From a virus, in IMG/VR virus record IMGVR_UViG_3300020421_000003: a stretch of DNA of 64,000 bases; one strand, given 5' to 3'. The translations under genes were made by a program, and so were the position numbers. Below, piece by piece: positions 53,782 through 61,610 of the stretch; positions within the stretch are counted from its first letter, which is position 1, and every line of letters begins with the position of its first letter. Below the pieces are notes generated by a model. The model saw only the letters and a list, made by a program, of their open reading frames with translations, made no database searches and was not told the DNA's origin.

Positions 53782-56700
53782 TAAAATTCTTGGTTAATAT
53801 CTTTACCTGCAGTATCAGGTCTAGCAACATCACATTCAGAGAAGTATGGGTTGCCAAAGTTATTTAATGAGTTACTTAGTGCCTGGATACCGCCAGTCAA
53901 CCAATTCCTTACACGCATTGTGCCGCTATAAGATCCCATCTTGAATACCTTGTCGCCATCTGAGTTGGTATACATTCTTGATGGGTCAATAGCAATAGAC
54001 GCATCATTAACATTTTCCAAACCAGCAGCAGGAGGTCCACCAAAGATCCAAGCATAGTAACTCGTTGCAGCAGGTGTGCAGGTTGCACAGAATGGATTGA
54101 CTGGTCCTGTAGGACTATTCTGTACGGTGCCTACGCCTGGTCCTGTGATCTCCCAGAAGCGGTTTCCAGGGATTGGGTTACCCTCGCTATCATATCCACA
54201 ATAAACGTCTAGAGGGGCGTCTGAGGGCGCTCCTGTCTTCCTTGCATAGGTATCCCAGCACTCATGGTTAGGCACATTGGTAGAAGCGGGGTTAGGATTG
54301 CAATCCACACCAAATGCAGTGTATGTGCCGTTGCCAGAATACGATGTAGTTGTGCTACTTGTGGTCGATTCTCCAGTTTCAGGGTCTGTAGTGGTGGTAG
54401 ATGTAGTCTCATCCCATGACCAACCCACTGATGCGCCACCTGTGAGTGCTCCACCAGTCAAATTGTCACCCAACCAGAGCTGGAATTGCTCGTATTCACT
54501 AAAACCTAGACGGTTATAGTCAAAAGTGTTCTCATCTAGACCCACTGGGACGAAAATAATGTCATTTTGGTCGTTAGGATCGCGATAACAGCGCCCATCG
54601 ACCGCTCCATTGTTACAATTCCACGTTTTATAACCACCAGACACCTTTCTTCGCGCTGTTACCTTGGGTTTTTTGAAACTTTCCATGAAATCCATGAAAG
54701 CAGGACCCTGAGATCCCGTAACTTTGCCTTCAATCATGATTGATACGTTAAATTCTGCCTCTTTGATCTTAGAAGCGCAGTATTTGTAAGGCAAATAACC
54801 GAAAGCACGCTCATCAGTGAGGTTTCTACCCTTCTCAATCATGTCAAGAGTGGCAGATCCCCTCTCAGTGTTGCTAATGTACGCACATGGCATGTCAAAC
54901 CAGCGTTTAATGTTGTAAACCTTGGGTTGTCCCATGGTCAAACAGCGGTCTTTCTGGAAAGGACCGTAAACATGCGACACTGAGTCCTGATATTCGTCCA
55001 ATTCCATCACTGTTTTGTAGACATCAGGCATAACTTCCGACTCAAACTTGCGAATCTTGTCGTTAGTGCCACTCATGATCTGCCAGAAGTCCTCTTTAGG
55101 GATAGCATCGATCACATTACCGCGACCATTCACCTCCAAACAGTTAGGTGGGAGGTCAAAACACAGTTTTGTTTCGTTTTCTGTGTCAAGCTCCGCCATT
55201 CTGATGTAAGAATCGGGTGCTGCAGAGGCAATAGGGGTGCTCATAATGGTGAAACCCGTGTTTGCAACCTGATTAGGGGAGGTTGGAGACCCAACACCCG
55301 TAGTACCTAGACTCTGAAACTCAGTAGGTGCGCCTCTAAAGTCATTATCAGTGTTAGTATTGATCCATTCCGTAGGATCTTGCTGCTTACCAGTAGGTAA
55401 ACTACTATCAACGTTGGCAAACTGATCAGAAATACCCTGTCCTAGCGCAGCAATGTCCCCAATGTCGGGACTTTCATACTCAATAAACTCAGGATCGCTA
55501 ATAAACACGTCAGGTGGCTCTTCAGGATCGTATCCTGATCCAGGTTTGACCACTCTAACTCTCTTAATACCACCAATCTCGTCGAATGCAGCGATCTTTA
55601 ACTTGGCACCACGAAGTTTTACTCCAATATTATCGTGGTCAACAGGGAATTCTAGAGCTCCACTCGATGCACCAGACGCAACTTGCACATCTTTGATGGG
55701 ATCCTCCCCCGAAAATGAGGATTCTGTAAAACCAATTGCCCTATTCCAGTCATCATCCTTAAGGATTAGGTCTTCTAGTTGCTTTGTAGTGTCTGTAGCA
55801 GAGAAATTCTTGAGGACTTTAGGTGTAATTGCGGTAACCTTTGCGTTTTTAGAGTAACCACGTCCGCTATTAATGATAACAATCTCATCAATACCGCCTT
55901 TGTCATTGATAACTGCCTCAAGTTTCGCCTCATCCAGTGTACGATTGGGCACAAGTGCCTTAGGAGAGAGCTCAACCTTGTAGTATGCCACCTTTTTAGG
56001 GAATTCATACACTCCAGCAAACGCACATTTGTCTGCAATGCCGTATCCAGCAAGGATTTCGCACTGACCACCGTCTGTAGAAGTGAAATTCTGCTGATAA
56101 GTGAAGGCACTTCCGCTACCTTCCAACTCCATGATGCCACATTTGAGTTGATCACCGTAATAAAGGACGGAAACTATATTCCAACCGTTGATTTGCTCAC
56201 CTCTATTGAAGTCACCAGTCCTTGTTAGGTATCTAAACAGGACTTTAGTGCTGTCTGTGTCAATAGTTTCAAAGGATTCGTTAACTGCATTGGTAGATTC
56301 ATCAGTTAATACACACCTAGTCTTAGTAGTCTCCCATGAGTCTTCCCTAATTTTATAGAAGTGTGAGTAGAAATGCTCGTTAGGTAGGCATATAGGATTA
56401 CCCTCATCGTCATCAGCGTTAGGACAACACGGAATATCATTCAATGCATACTGGATACCGAAGAGAGGACCATTCCAAGGGTATGATGTGTCATACAAGT
56501 AGTAGTAAAACTGTGAGTCATACGAATCCTCAAACCCTAGGAAGCGTGGCACAGCACCTTTGATCGCTCCATTGAGTCCATACATCCACTCAAAGTTTGC
56601 TGCTTCACTTATCTTCTCTGCATTGTCAGGATTACCAAAACCAACAACACCAGGAGTGCTGGTTGCTCTGTAATATCCAGGTCTTGAGTAGGGACCATCC

Positions 56701-57587
56701 TCTTCAAATGCATACCAGGATGACTTGTCTACACACTGACCAGTAGGTCCTAACTTACCAACGTCTATAACACGCTCCTGTGGACTGTTAGGGGCGTCTG
56801 CAGGATACACATACCCAACGATACCCACATACTGATAATCCCTATCCATGGGTTTCTTACATGGGATAGGACTATCAACTAGATTAACTTCCTCTGCAGG
56901 GTTAATAGTATAGAAGTCATCGATATCTTTACCACTACCTGCACTGTAACTACCATAGCGGTAATGATACAGAGGCACAGCATCAGGTCCATACTCCTGT
57001 GCGTCAGATAGATTCGTGCAAATATACCCAATGGTATAGCACTCATAATATTTTCCTTTACCACAACCAGTGCTAACACCAGAAGGACTACCAGTGCTTA
57101 GAATAGTATTGTCAGGCCAATATGAATACCACACTTTGAGTGGCACACTATTCTCTCTCTGACGATCTAGACAGAAGAAGTATGGAGTGCCTTTCCTAGG
57201 CTCATGATTATATCCACTACCTGCTTTCTTCCAGGACTCATTCTCACATCCTAGATCTGCTTCAATTAGTGATGAATTCTTTGTATACTTATGATCACGC
57301 TTTGCACCACGATACCATCTGTATACTGGTGCTCGGGTATATCCGCAGTATGCTACACACGTCTCCTCTTGATCACCGATATAGTGTACAGCATCTTTAC
57401 CCAGAGGATAGGATCCAGGTCCGCTACCCTCAAAGGTAATAAAGTAATCTGTCCCGCTTCCAAGTCCATTACCTGACGAATGACTCTCATAGTCACCACT
57501 CGATGGTCTTTTCCAGGTTGTATTATACTCCTCTCCGTTAATAGGATTAGGAAAACTCCGAGCAGATTCTAGGAGATATGCTGGCAT
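53781..57587 (-). CDS. 1268-aa Cys-rich putative virion protein with DUF5648-like repeats
   Basis: PVYRWY....DH.YT / VPLYHY....DDFYT...E repeats, I..I.I.N.G.GY baseplate-type repeats, many Cys; TAATG-coupled to PAAR; GGAG RBS. Confidence 0.75.
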   Translation of the reverse strand: MPAYLLESARSFPNPINGEEYNTTWKRPSSGDYESHSSGNGLGSGTDYFITFEGSGPGSYPLGKDAVHYIGDQEETCVAYCGYTRAPVYRWYRGAKRDHKYTKNSSLIEADLGCENESWKKAGSGYNHEPRKGTPYFFCLDRQRENSVPLKVWYSYWPDNTILSTGSPSGVSTGCGKGKYYECYTIGYICTNLSDAQEYGPDAVPLYHYRYGSYSAGSGKDIDDFYTINPAEEVNLVDSPIPCKKPMDRDYQYVGIVGYVYPADAPNSPQERVIDVGKLGPTGQCVDKSSWYAFEEDGPYSRPGYYRATSTPGVVGFGNPDNAEKISEAANFEWMYGLNGAIKGAVPRFLGFEDSYDSQFYYYLYDTSYPWNGPLFGIQYALNDIPCCPNADDDEGNPICLPNEHFYSHFYKIREDSWETTKTRCVLTDESTNAVNESFETIDTDSTKVLFRYLTRTGDFNRGEQINGWNIVSVLYYGDQLKCGIMELEGSGSAFTYQQNFTSTDGGQCEILAGYGIADKCAFAGVYEFPKKVAYYKVELSPKALVPNRTLDEAKLEAVINDKGGIDEIVIINSGRGYSKNAKVTAITPKVLKNFSATDTTKQLEDLILKDDDWNRAIGFTESSFSGEDPIKDVQVASGASSGALEFPVDHDNIGVKLRGAKLKIAAFDEIGGIKRVRVVKPGSGYDPEEPPDVFISDPEFIEYESPDIGDIAALGQGISDQFANVDSSLPTGKQQDPTEWINTNTDNDFRGAPTEFQSLGTTGVGSPTSPNQVANTGFTIMSTPIASAAPDSYIRMAELDTENETKLCFDLPPNCLEVNGRGNVIDAIPKEDFWQIMSGTNDKIRKFESEVMPDVYKTVMELDEYQDSVSHVYGPFQKDRCLTMGQPKVYNIKRWFDMPCAYISNTERGSATLDMIEKGRNLTDERAFGYLPYKYCASKIKEAEFNVSIMIEGKVTGSQGPAFMDFMESFKKPKVTARRKVSGGYKTWNCNNGAVDGRCYRDPNDQNDIIFVPVGLDENTFDYNRLGFSEYEQFQLWLGDNLTGGALTGGASVGWSWDETTSTTTTDPETGESTTSSTTTSYSGNGTYTAFGVDCNPNPASTNVPNHECWDTYARKTGAPSDAPLDVYCGYDSEGNPIPGNRFWEITGPGVGTVQNSPTGPVNPFCATCTPAATSYYAWIFGGPPAAGLENVNDASIAIDPSRMYTNSDGDKVFKMGSYSGTMRVRNWLTGGIQALSNSLNNFGNPYFSECDVARPDTAGKDINQEF

Positions 57588-57593
57588 TACGAA

Positions 57594-57836
57594 TCATTTG
57601 TCTTCCAAATTATTTAGACGGGTATATAGATCGTCAAATAACTCAGGTAAATTAGAATACTCTTCGTTGCCTGGTATCTTATATTTAATCATATCCGCAC
57701 CAGGAGGCGGAAACTTTTGTATTGCCTGCTCTAAGGCAGTTACGCGATTAGTCAGTTGGACTAACGCTTGGGATAGTTGCTCAAAACCCCAGTTGGTATA
57801 TTCTTCTAGGGTTTCAAACTTTGGATTTTCATTCAT
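57594..57836 (-). CDS. Hypothetical coiled-coil protein
   Basis: RVTALEQ...K..Y..PG...Y..L.E..D.LY.RLN.LE; clean ATG ORF. Confidence 0.7.
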   Translation of the reverse strand: MNENPKFETLEEYTNWGFEQLSQALVQLTNRVTALEQAIQKFPPPGADMIKYKIPGNEEYSNLPELFDDLYTRLNNLEDK

Positions 57837-57865
57837 AATGTTGGACGCGGTTTTTCGCGGATTTT

Positions 57866-58030
57866 TTAAGTCACTACTTTTGTCAAGATAATGGATCCGT
57901 CGATGTCTTCAGAGTATTCTAAGACATCTCCCACGTCCCACTGTGCTTCTTCAAGCAATTGATCAGGTAGTGTAACGAAGCACTCACCGTGCTCATCTAC
58001 CTCGACTTCTAGGACATAGCGTTTCGACAT
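57866..58030 (-). CDS. 54-aa AbrB/MazE/SpoVT-like DNA-binding protein
   Basis: Manual translation MSKRYVLEVEVDEHGECFVTLPDQLLEEAQWDVGDVLEYSEDIDGSIILTKVVT matches the swapped-hairpin pattern (G...LP..L.....W..GD.L......G.I.L.K). Confidence 0.75.
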   Translation of the reverse strand: MSKRYVLEVEVDEHGECFVTLPDQLLEEAQWDVGDVLEYSEDIDGSIILTKVVT

Positions 58031-58050
58031 ACGTTAGTTGTTTCTACACC

Positions 58051-58533
58051 TTATGTAGACTTCTTGCGAATTGCGCCGATACAACTTGTATTCCAAATAC
58101 GATTACCATCTTTCTCTAGATCTACAATCATACTCGTAGCATCATATGGATGGTGTAGCATGAAACCATTACCTAGGTAAATCCCTCCATGATTCGGTGC
58201 TCTGCCCCGTGGTGCTGAGTATGATCCTCCTAATGGATTGGTATACAACCTAAACAGAATTACATCCTCAGGAAGGAGTGTAGAGAAGTCTGTCTCCTCT
58301 CCCCATTCACTCTCCCACAGTTTCTCTGCACCACCCTCTTCGATTGCTTCATCAGTAAAGGTGATAATCCCCCGTGCATTGAAGTCTGGTAGATCGTCAT
58401 CATGGATATACTTATAATACTTACGAATGATTTCATAACATCCGTAGATACGTCGTCCTGTCCAGGGCAATCCTATGAGATCACTGTATTGCTCTCTAAG
58501 GGCAATCATTTCTTCTTTGCGAGAAATACTCAT
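58051..58533 (-). CDS. NlpC/P60 (C40) peptidase-like protein
   Basis: LIGLPW....YGCYEII, DVILF, PNHGGIYLGNGFMLHH give a Cys-His-His triad pattern like the NlpC/P60 domain of lambdoid gpK. Confidence 0.8.
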   Translation of the reverse strand: MSISRKEEMIALREQYSDLIGLPWTGRRIYGCYEIIRKYYKYIHDDDLPDFNARGIITFTDEAIEEGGAEKLWESEWGEETDFSTLLPEDVILFRLYTNPLGGSYSAPRGRAPNHGGIYLGNGFMLHHPYDATSMIVDLEKDGNRIWNTSCIGAIRKKST

Positions 58534-58697
58534 GTTTTGGTAGTCTTGTTTGTAAGTTTGGCGAGAAGCGCCTTAGCGGCGATCCTAGCGGTCTCTGAGA
58601 GTGATTCCCAGATATAATTCAACTGTGCTCTCAAAGGGGTTGAGAGAGTAAAATTATACTGGGAATTTTTTTGTGTAGGGGGGACCCGAAGTTTCAT
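58530..58697 (-). CDS. 55-aa hypothetical protein
   Basis: Manual translation MKLRVPPTQKNSQYNFTLSTPLRAQLNYIWESLSETARIAAKALLAKLTNKTTKT; ATGA overlap with NlpC/P60. Confidence 0.5.
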   Translation of the reverse strand: MKLRVPPTQKNSQYNFTLSTPLRAQLNYIWESLSETARIAAKALLAKLTNKTTKT

Positions 58698-58804
58698 TTT
58701 GATTAATATAGAGCTTTCGGATAGTTACTTTTGTAGGTTAGGGACTTAAGCGTTTTTAATATACCCGCTTCGCGGTAACACAAACCATGCACAAAAACAC
58801 TGTC

Positions 58805-59011
58805 CTAAGTGTCTCCTACCTCTACATCATAGCACATACCCTCAGCAATGCAATAGTCACAGAATTGTTGATACTGTCGCAGGTCATCATCTAGATCTAA
58901 ATCTATTAACTCCTGTGCCAGTTGTACTTGCTCAGATGGTGGTAGTTGTCCCTCATCGTATAACTCTAGAAGCATCTCTAGTTTATTAGATAGGGATGAT
59001 GATTGTTTCAT
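58805..59011 (-). CDS. 68-aa acidic hypothetical protein
   Basis: ATGA-coupled; acidic helical sequence ending YCIAEGMCYDV. Confidence 0.7.
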   Translation of the reverse strand: MKQSSSLSNKLEMLLELYDEGQLPPSEQVQLAQELIDLDLDDDLRQYQQFCDYCIAEGMCYDVEVGDT

Positions 59012-59175
59012 AGTTGTGCTGAGAATGTGCGTGCGTCGTTAACTGCTTGCTGCTGACTCTTAAACGGACCATTCTTAGGACAACCCTCGTAATCGTATCG
59101 CCAAAAGTAACGCTTACTCTTCTCCCATAGTTTTACCTCTACAGGGGGATTGGTGTCGAGTGTGATGCTTTTCAT
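59008..59175 (-). CDS. 55-aa hypothetical protein
   Basis: Manual translation MKSITLDTNPPVEVKLWEKSKRYFWRYDYEGCPKNGPFKSQQQAVNDARTFSAQL; ATGA overlaps at both ends. Confidence 0.7.
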   Translation of the reverse strand: MKSITLDTNPPVEVKLWEKSKRYFWRYDYEGCPKNGPFKSQQQAVNDARTFSAQL

Positions 59176-59279
59176 TGGTCTGTGTAGGTGTCAGATAGGG
59201 TGTCTTCAGTTAAGTCATCATACTCGGGGAATTCATCCTCTAGCATGTCATCAATCCAATCGTTGTCGATGTCATTCAT
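59172..59279 (-). CDS. 35-aa highly acidic peptide
   Basis: Manual translation MNDIDNDWIDDMLEDEFPEYDDLTEDTLSDTYTDQ; ATGA overlaps at both ends. Confidence 0.65.
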   Translation of the reverse strand: MNDIDNDWIDDMLEDEFPEYDDLTEDTLSDTYTDQ

Positions 59280-59464
59280 GAGTTGTAATCCTCTGGGCGT
59301 TGTTGGGCATTAGGGGGCGATGGGCGTTGATACTTTCCTGTGGATTCATCTGTGGAAAACTCATCGCTCACTGTGCGATTAGTCTTTGAATACTGTCTCT
59401 TTTCTCTGATAGATTTGGGGCGTCGTGAGTTGTGCAGGTCGTTGCGTTTGTAGGTCCTTCCCAT
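59276..59464 (-). CDS. 62-aa basic protein
   Basis: MGRTYKRND...RPKSIREKRQ; first gene after a near-consensus sigma70 promoter. Confidence 0.7.
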   Translation of the reverse strand: MGRTYKRNDLHNSRRPKSIREKRQYSKTNRTVSDEFSTDESTGKYQRPSPPNAQQRPEDYNS

Positions 59465-59504
59465 TGTCAGCAGATCAAAAGTGTCCTTGGTTAACTACTC
59501 AACC

Positions 59505-59533
59505 AATATAGAATCGATTGGCATGATTGTCAA
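59505..59533 (-). promoter_or_regulatory. Early sigma70-type promoter
   Basis: TTGACA-17 bp-TATATT on the minus strand. Confidence 0.8.
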
Positions 59534-59570
59534 GTGGTCTGTGTGGGTTTGTGTTGTGTCCTCATAGTAT

Positions 59571-59599
59571 TTGACAAAAAAATGTCGTTGTGCTACGGT
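59571..59599 (+). promoter_or_regulatory. Possible divergent sigma70-type promoter
   Basis: TTGACA-17 bp-TACGGT with TGn extension on the plus strand; no ORF follows. Confidence 0.4.
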
Positions 59600-59660
59600 C
59601 TTAGGTAACAATAACTCCGTAGATATAATTCTCGGAGGTATATTTATTAAGACATTTTAA

Positions 59661-59703
59661 TTATCCACAGGAAATGCGGAAACTGTGGAAATCGTGTGGA
59701 AAA
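59661..59703. promoter_or_regulatory. Cluster of DnaA-box-like nonamers
   Basis: TTATCCACA (+, 59661-59669), GTTTCCGCA (-, 59675-59683), ATTTCCACA (-, 59684-59692) and TTTTCCACA (-, 59695-59703), next to an AT-rich tract. Confidence 0.55.
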
Positions 59704-59706
59704 CTA

Positions 59707-60333
59707 TTAGATTGGGACAACATTAGCAGTGATAGTGATACGTTGATCTGAAGGGTTAGAGTCATACCCGTGAGTGATATTAGAGGGATAGATTAATATG
59801 TCTCCCTCTGACTGTTGGAATGTTGCTTCTGTCATATTGTAGGGAGATAACTCTTTTGTATCTAGTTGAATGACTGGGTAAAAATGTGATGCAACGTTTC
59901 GTCTCCACTTCATATAAGCGTGTTGTTTCTCATCATAGTTAACAAGGTAGGTGAGAGAGTAGAGGCAATTAGAATGCTCATGAGGAGCATAGATTGCGTC
60001 TTTGTTTGCAATTTCAAGGTAGGAATCAGAGAAGGCAAAGGAGGTGTTATATTTGAGGGAGTTGTCGTTATGTAGTGTGACAGCGTTGATTAATAGTTGG
60101 GCAAGATCGGGGATGTCATTAATTAGTTTGTTATTTGCCCCTACTTGTAAGACATTGTGACAGATTGCATTTCTGTTGTGATCTTGTTGAATTTCTTGAG
60201 TACTCATCCAAGTGAGTATTTGTTGTTTAATGTCCTCATGATTAGTAACAGAATAACGGGTGATAGGGATTGGAAAGAGACCGTAAGTTTCTTGTGTTAC
60301 TTTATTATCGAGAGAATCAGAGAGGGATGTCAT
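59707..60333 (-). CDS. 2OG-Fe(II) oxygenase (TIGR02466-like)
   Basis: LFPIPI start, PHEHSNC..S..Y.V (HxH facial triad), EGDILIYPSN..HG, RITI..N. Confidence 0.85.
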   Translation of the reverse strand: MTSLSDSLDNKVTQETYGLFPIPITRYSVTNHEDIKQQILTWMSTQEIQQDHNRNAICHNVLQVGANNKLINDIPDLAQLLINAVTLHNDNSLKYNTSFAFSDSYLEIANKDAIYAPHEHSNCLYSLTYLVNYDEKQHAYMKWRRNVASHFYPVIQLDTKELSPYNMTEATFQQSEGDILIYPSNITHGYDSNPSDQRITITANVVPI

Positions 60334-60513
60334 TTAATGAGGTGTCAGTAATGCGTATTTAGTGTAGTGAGTAGTGCCTCTTATTTGTCGTTTAGGAGAT
60401 TGTTTGATTCTTAATGACATAGAGGGGAATTGATGAAATTGAGAGATTAGAGCGATCGGGATAGATTCTTGTGAGAGGTGTGAAGAATGTCCAGATGTGA
60501 TCAACGTAAGTTG

Positions 60514-60642
60514 TTATTGACATAAGTCCTCAAAGCGTTTAATAGTGATCAATTCTTGTGATTCAGGTGAAAGAGTAGGGAAATCTTCTTGCACCTCTTC
60601 AAAGATAGATTCTAGGATTGATTCGTTATTGATGTTTGACAT
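60514..60642 (-). CDS. 42-aa acidic hypothetical protein
   Basis: Manual translation MSNINNESILESIFEEVQEDFPTLSPESQELITIKRFEDLCQ; TAATG overlap. Confidence 0.7.
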   Translation of the reverse strand: MSNINNESILESIFEEVQEDFPTLSPESQELITIKRFEDLCQ

Positions 60643-60968
60643 TATTCTGCGAAGGTGTAACCGTTAGCGAAAGAAACGGTTTGATTGTTGTCACGCACAA
60701 ACCACTGATAATTCTTTTGAAATACTCCATCAGTCGCAGCATTACAGAAACGATCGATGAGAGCGTTAAGGCGTGATTTGGTGGTTACAGTCTGCCAACC
60801 GCCATCAAAGATGCGAAGGAAGTCATCACCGATCTCAGCGATCTTGTTGCCATGAAGTCTCACGATTGAGAGATTTTCTTCTTCATTGAAATGAACTGTG
60901 GTGTTGCCTGATGTCCAGTTAGTGGAGTTGGCAACCGCTTGATTCATTTGAGTTTCGATCTTACGCAT
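60642..60968 (-). CDS. Conserved phage early protein
   Basis: MRKIE..MN.A.....W...NT.V, V.LHGN.IA, FDGGWQT.TTKSRLNA, VFQK.Y.WF motifs. Confidence 0.85.
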   Translation of the reverse strand: MRKIETQMNQAVANSTNWTSGNTTVHFNEEENLSIVRLHGNKIAEIGDDFLRIFDGGWQTVTTKSRLNALIDRFCNAATDGVFQKNYQWFVRDNNQTVSFANGYTFAE

Positions 60969-61024
60969 GAGTCTGAATTTAGGTGAGTTGTGAGAGGCGG
61001 TCTTCTGTGCCCCTCGTTGTTTTA

Positions 61025-61094
61025 ATTATAGAGCATGAGCGCACCCCTGTGAAGGGGTTAACCGTATTTTGGGTACAGTTGTTACACTGTCACA
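61025..61094 (-). promoter_or_regulatory. Early promoter with stem-loop and upstream conserved dyad (copy 1)
   Basis: TTCACA-17-TATAAT; ACCCCT/AGGGGT stem around the -35; plus strand ATTTTGGGTACAGT-n8-TGTCACA. Confidence 0.75.
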
Positions 61095-61610
61095 TTACAT
61101 CTTGTTTATGTAATTCATTATGAAATGATGCTTATCCTCGAAGAAATTACGATTTGGTGTTGCTATCAGTGGCAGGCGTAAGAATTGATCAGGCAAAGGA
61201 TTAGCAGAGGCAGTGATAGTGCTACCCTGTATTTTCACGTTATAGAGTTGATGACCATGACACCATGCGATCTTCATGTTTCTGTAATCAGTGAAGAGAT
61301 AGTAATCAGCAGCGTGAAATCTATCTAATGATGGTGCTCCATATCCATTCGCTACGATCACACCACGCACTGCATTCACTCCTTTATTCTTGAATGTGAT
61401 GCCTTTAGATTCGTAGGTCTTAGAGTCCTCAGCACCCAATAGATCAACGCCTTTCTTGTTAACTCTGATCAATTGATCATCACTGAATTCTTGCCATGCA
61501 AACTCAATCATTCTGCCTAAGTCGAAATACTCAGTGGGATCAGTATTACCGCTCAATGTATGCATCAAGCGGGTCATTCTGTCTATCTGGAAGCGAGAGA
61601 AATCAATCAT
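61095..61610 (-). CDS. PD-(D/E)XK-like nuclease
   Basis: G.MIE...GVD...YESK...ADYYLF pattern; ATG at 61610 overlaps the helicase stop (TGATG). Confidence 0.6.
   Translation of the reverse strand: MIDFSRFQIDRMTRLMHTLSGNTDPTEYFDLGRMIEFAWQEFSDDQLIRVNKKGVDLLGAEDSKTYESKGITFKNKGVNAVRGVIVANGYGAPSLDRFHAADYYLFTDYRNMKIAWCHGHQLYNVKIQGSTITASANPLPDQFLRLPLIATPNRNFFEDKHHFIMNYINKM

Noticed and set aside
6817-57079. Alternative-frame minus-strand Leu-rich ORFs nested inside large genes
   Set aside because: These are off-frame products of NNT-rich codons, with no motifs and no evidence of programmed frameshifting.
58698-58804. tRNA or ncRNA in this intergenic gap
   Set aside because: There is only a tiny CCGC-TTC-GCGG hairpin and a GTAGGTTAGGG motif, with no cloverleaf; a call would need covariance analysis.
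60334-60523. Short ORFs (MSITTYVDH..., MSLRIKQ...) between the 42-aa ORF and the oxygenase
   Set aside because: No recognisable motif or RBS; they cannot be told apart from chance ORFs.
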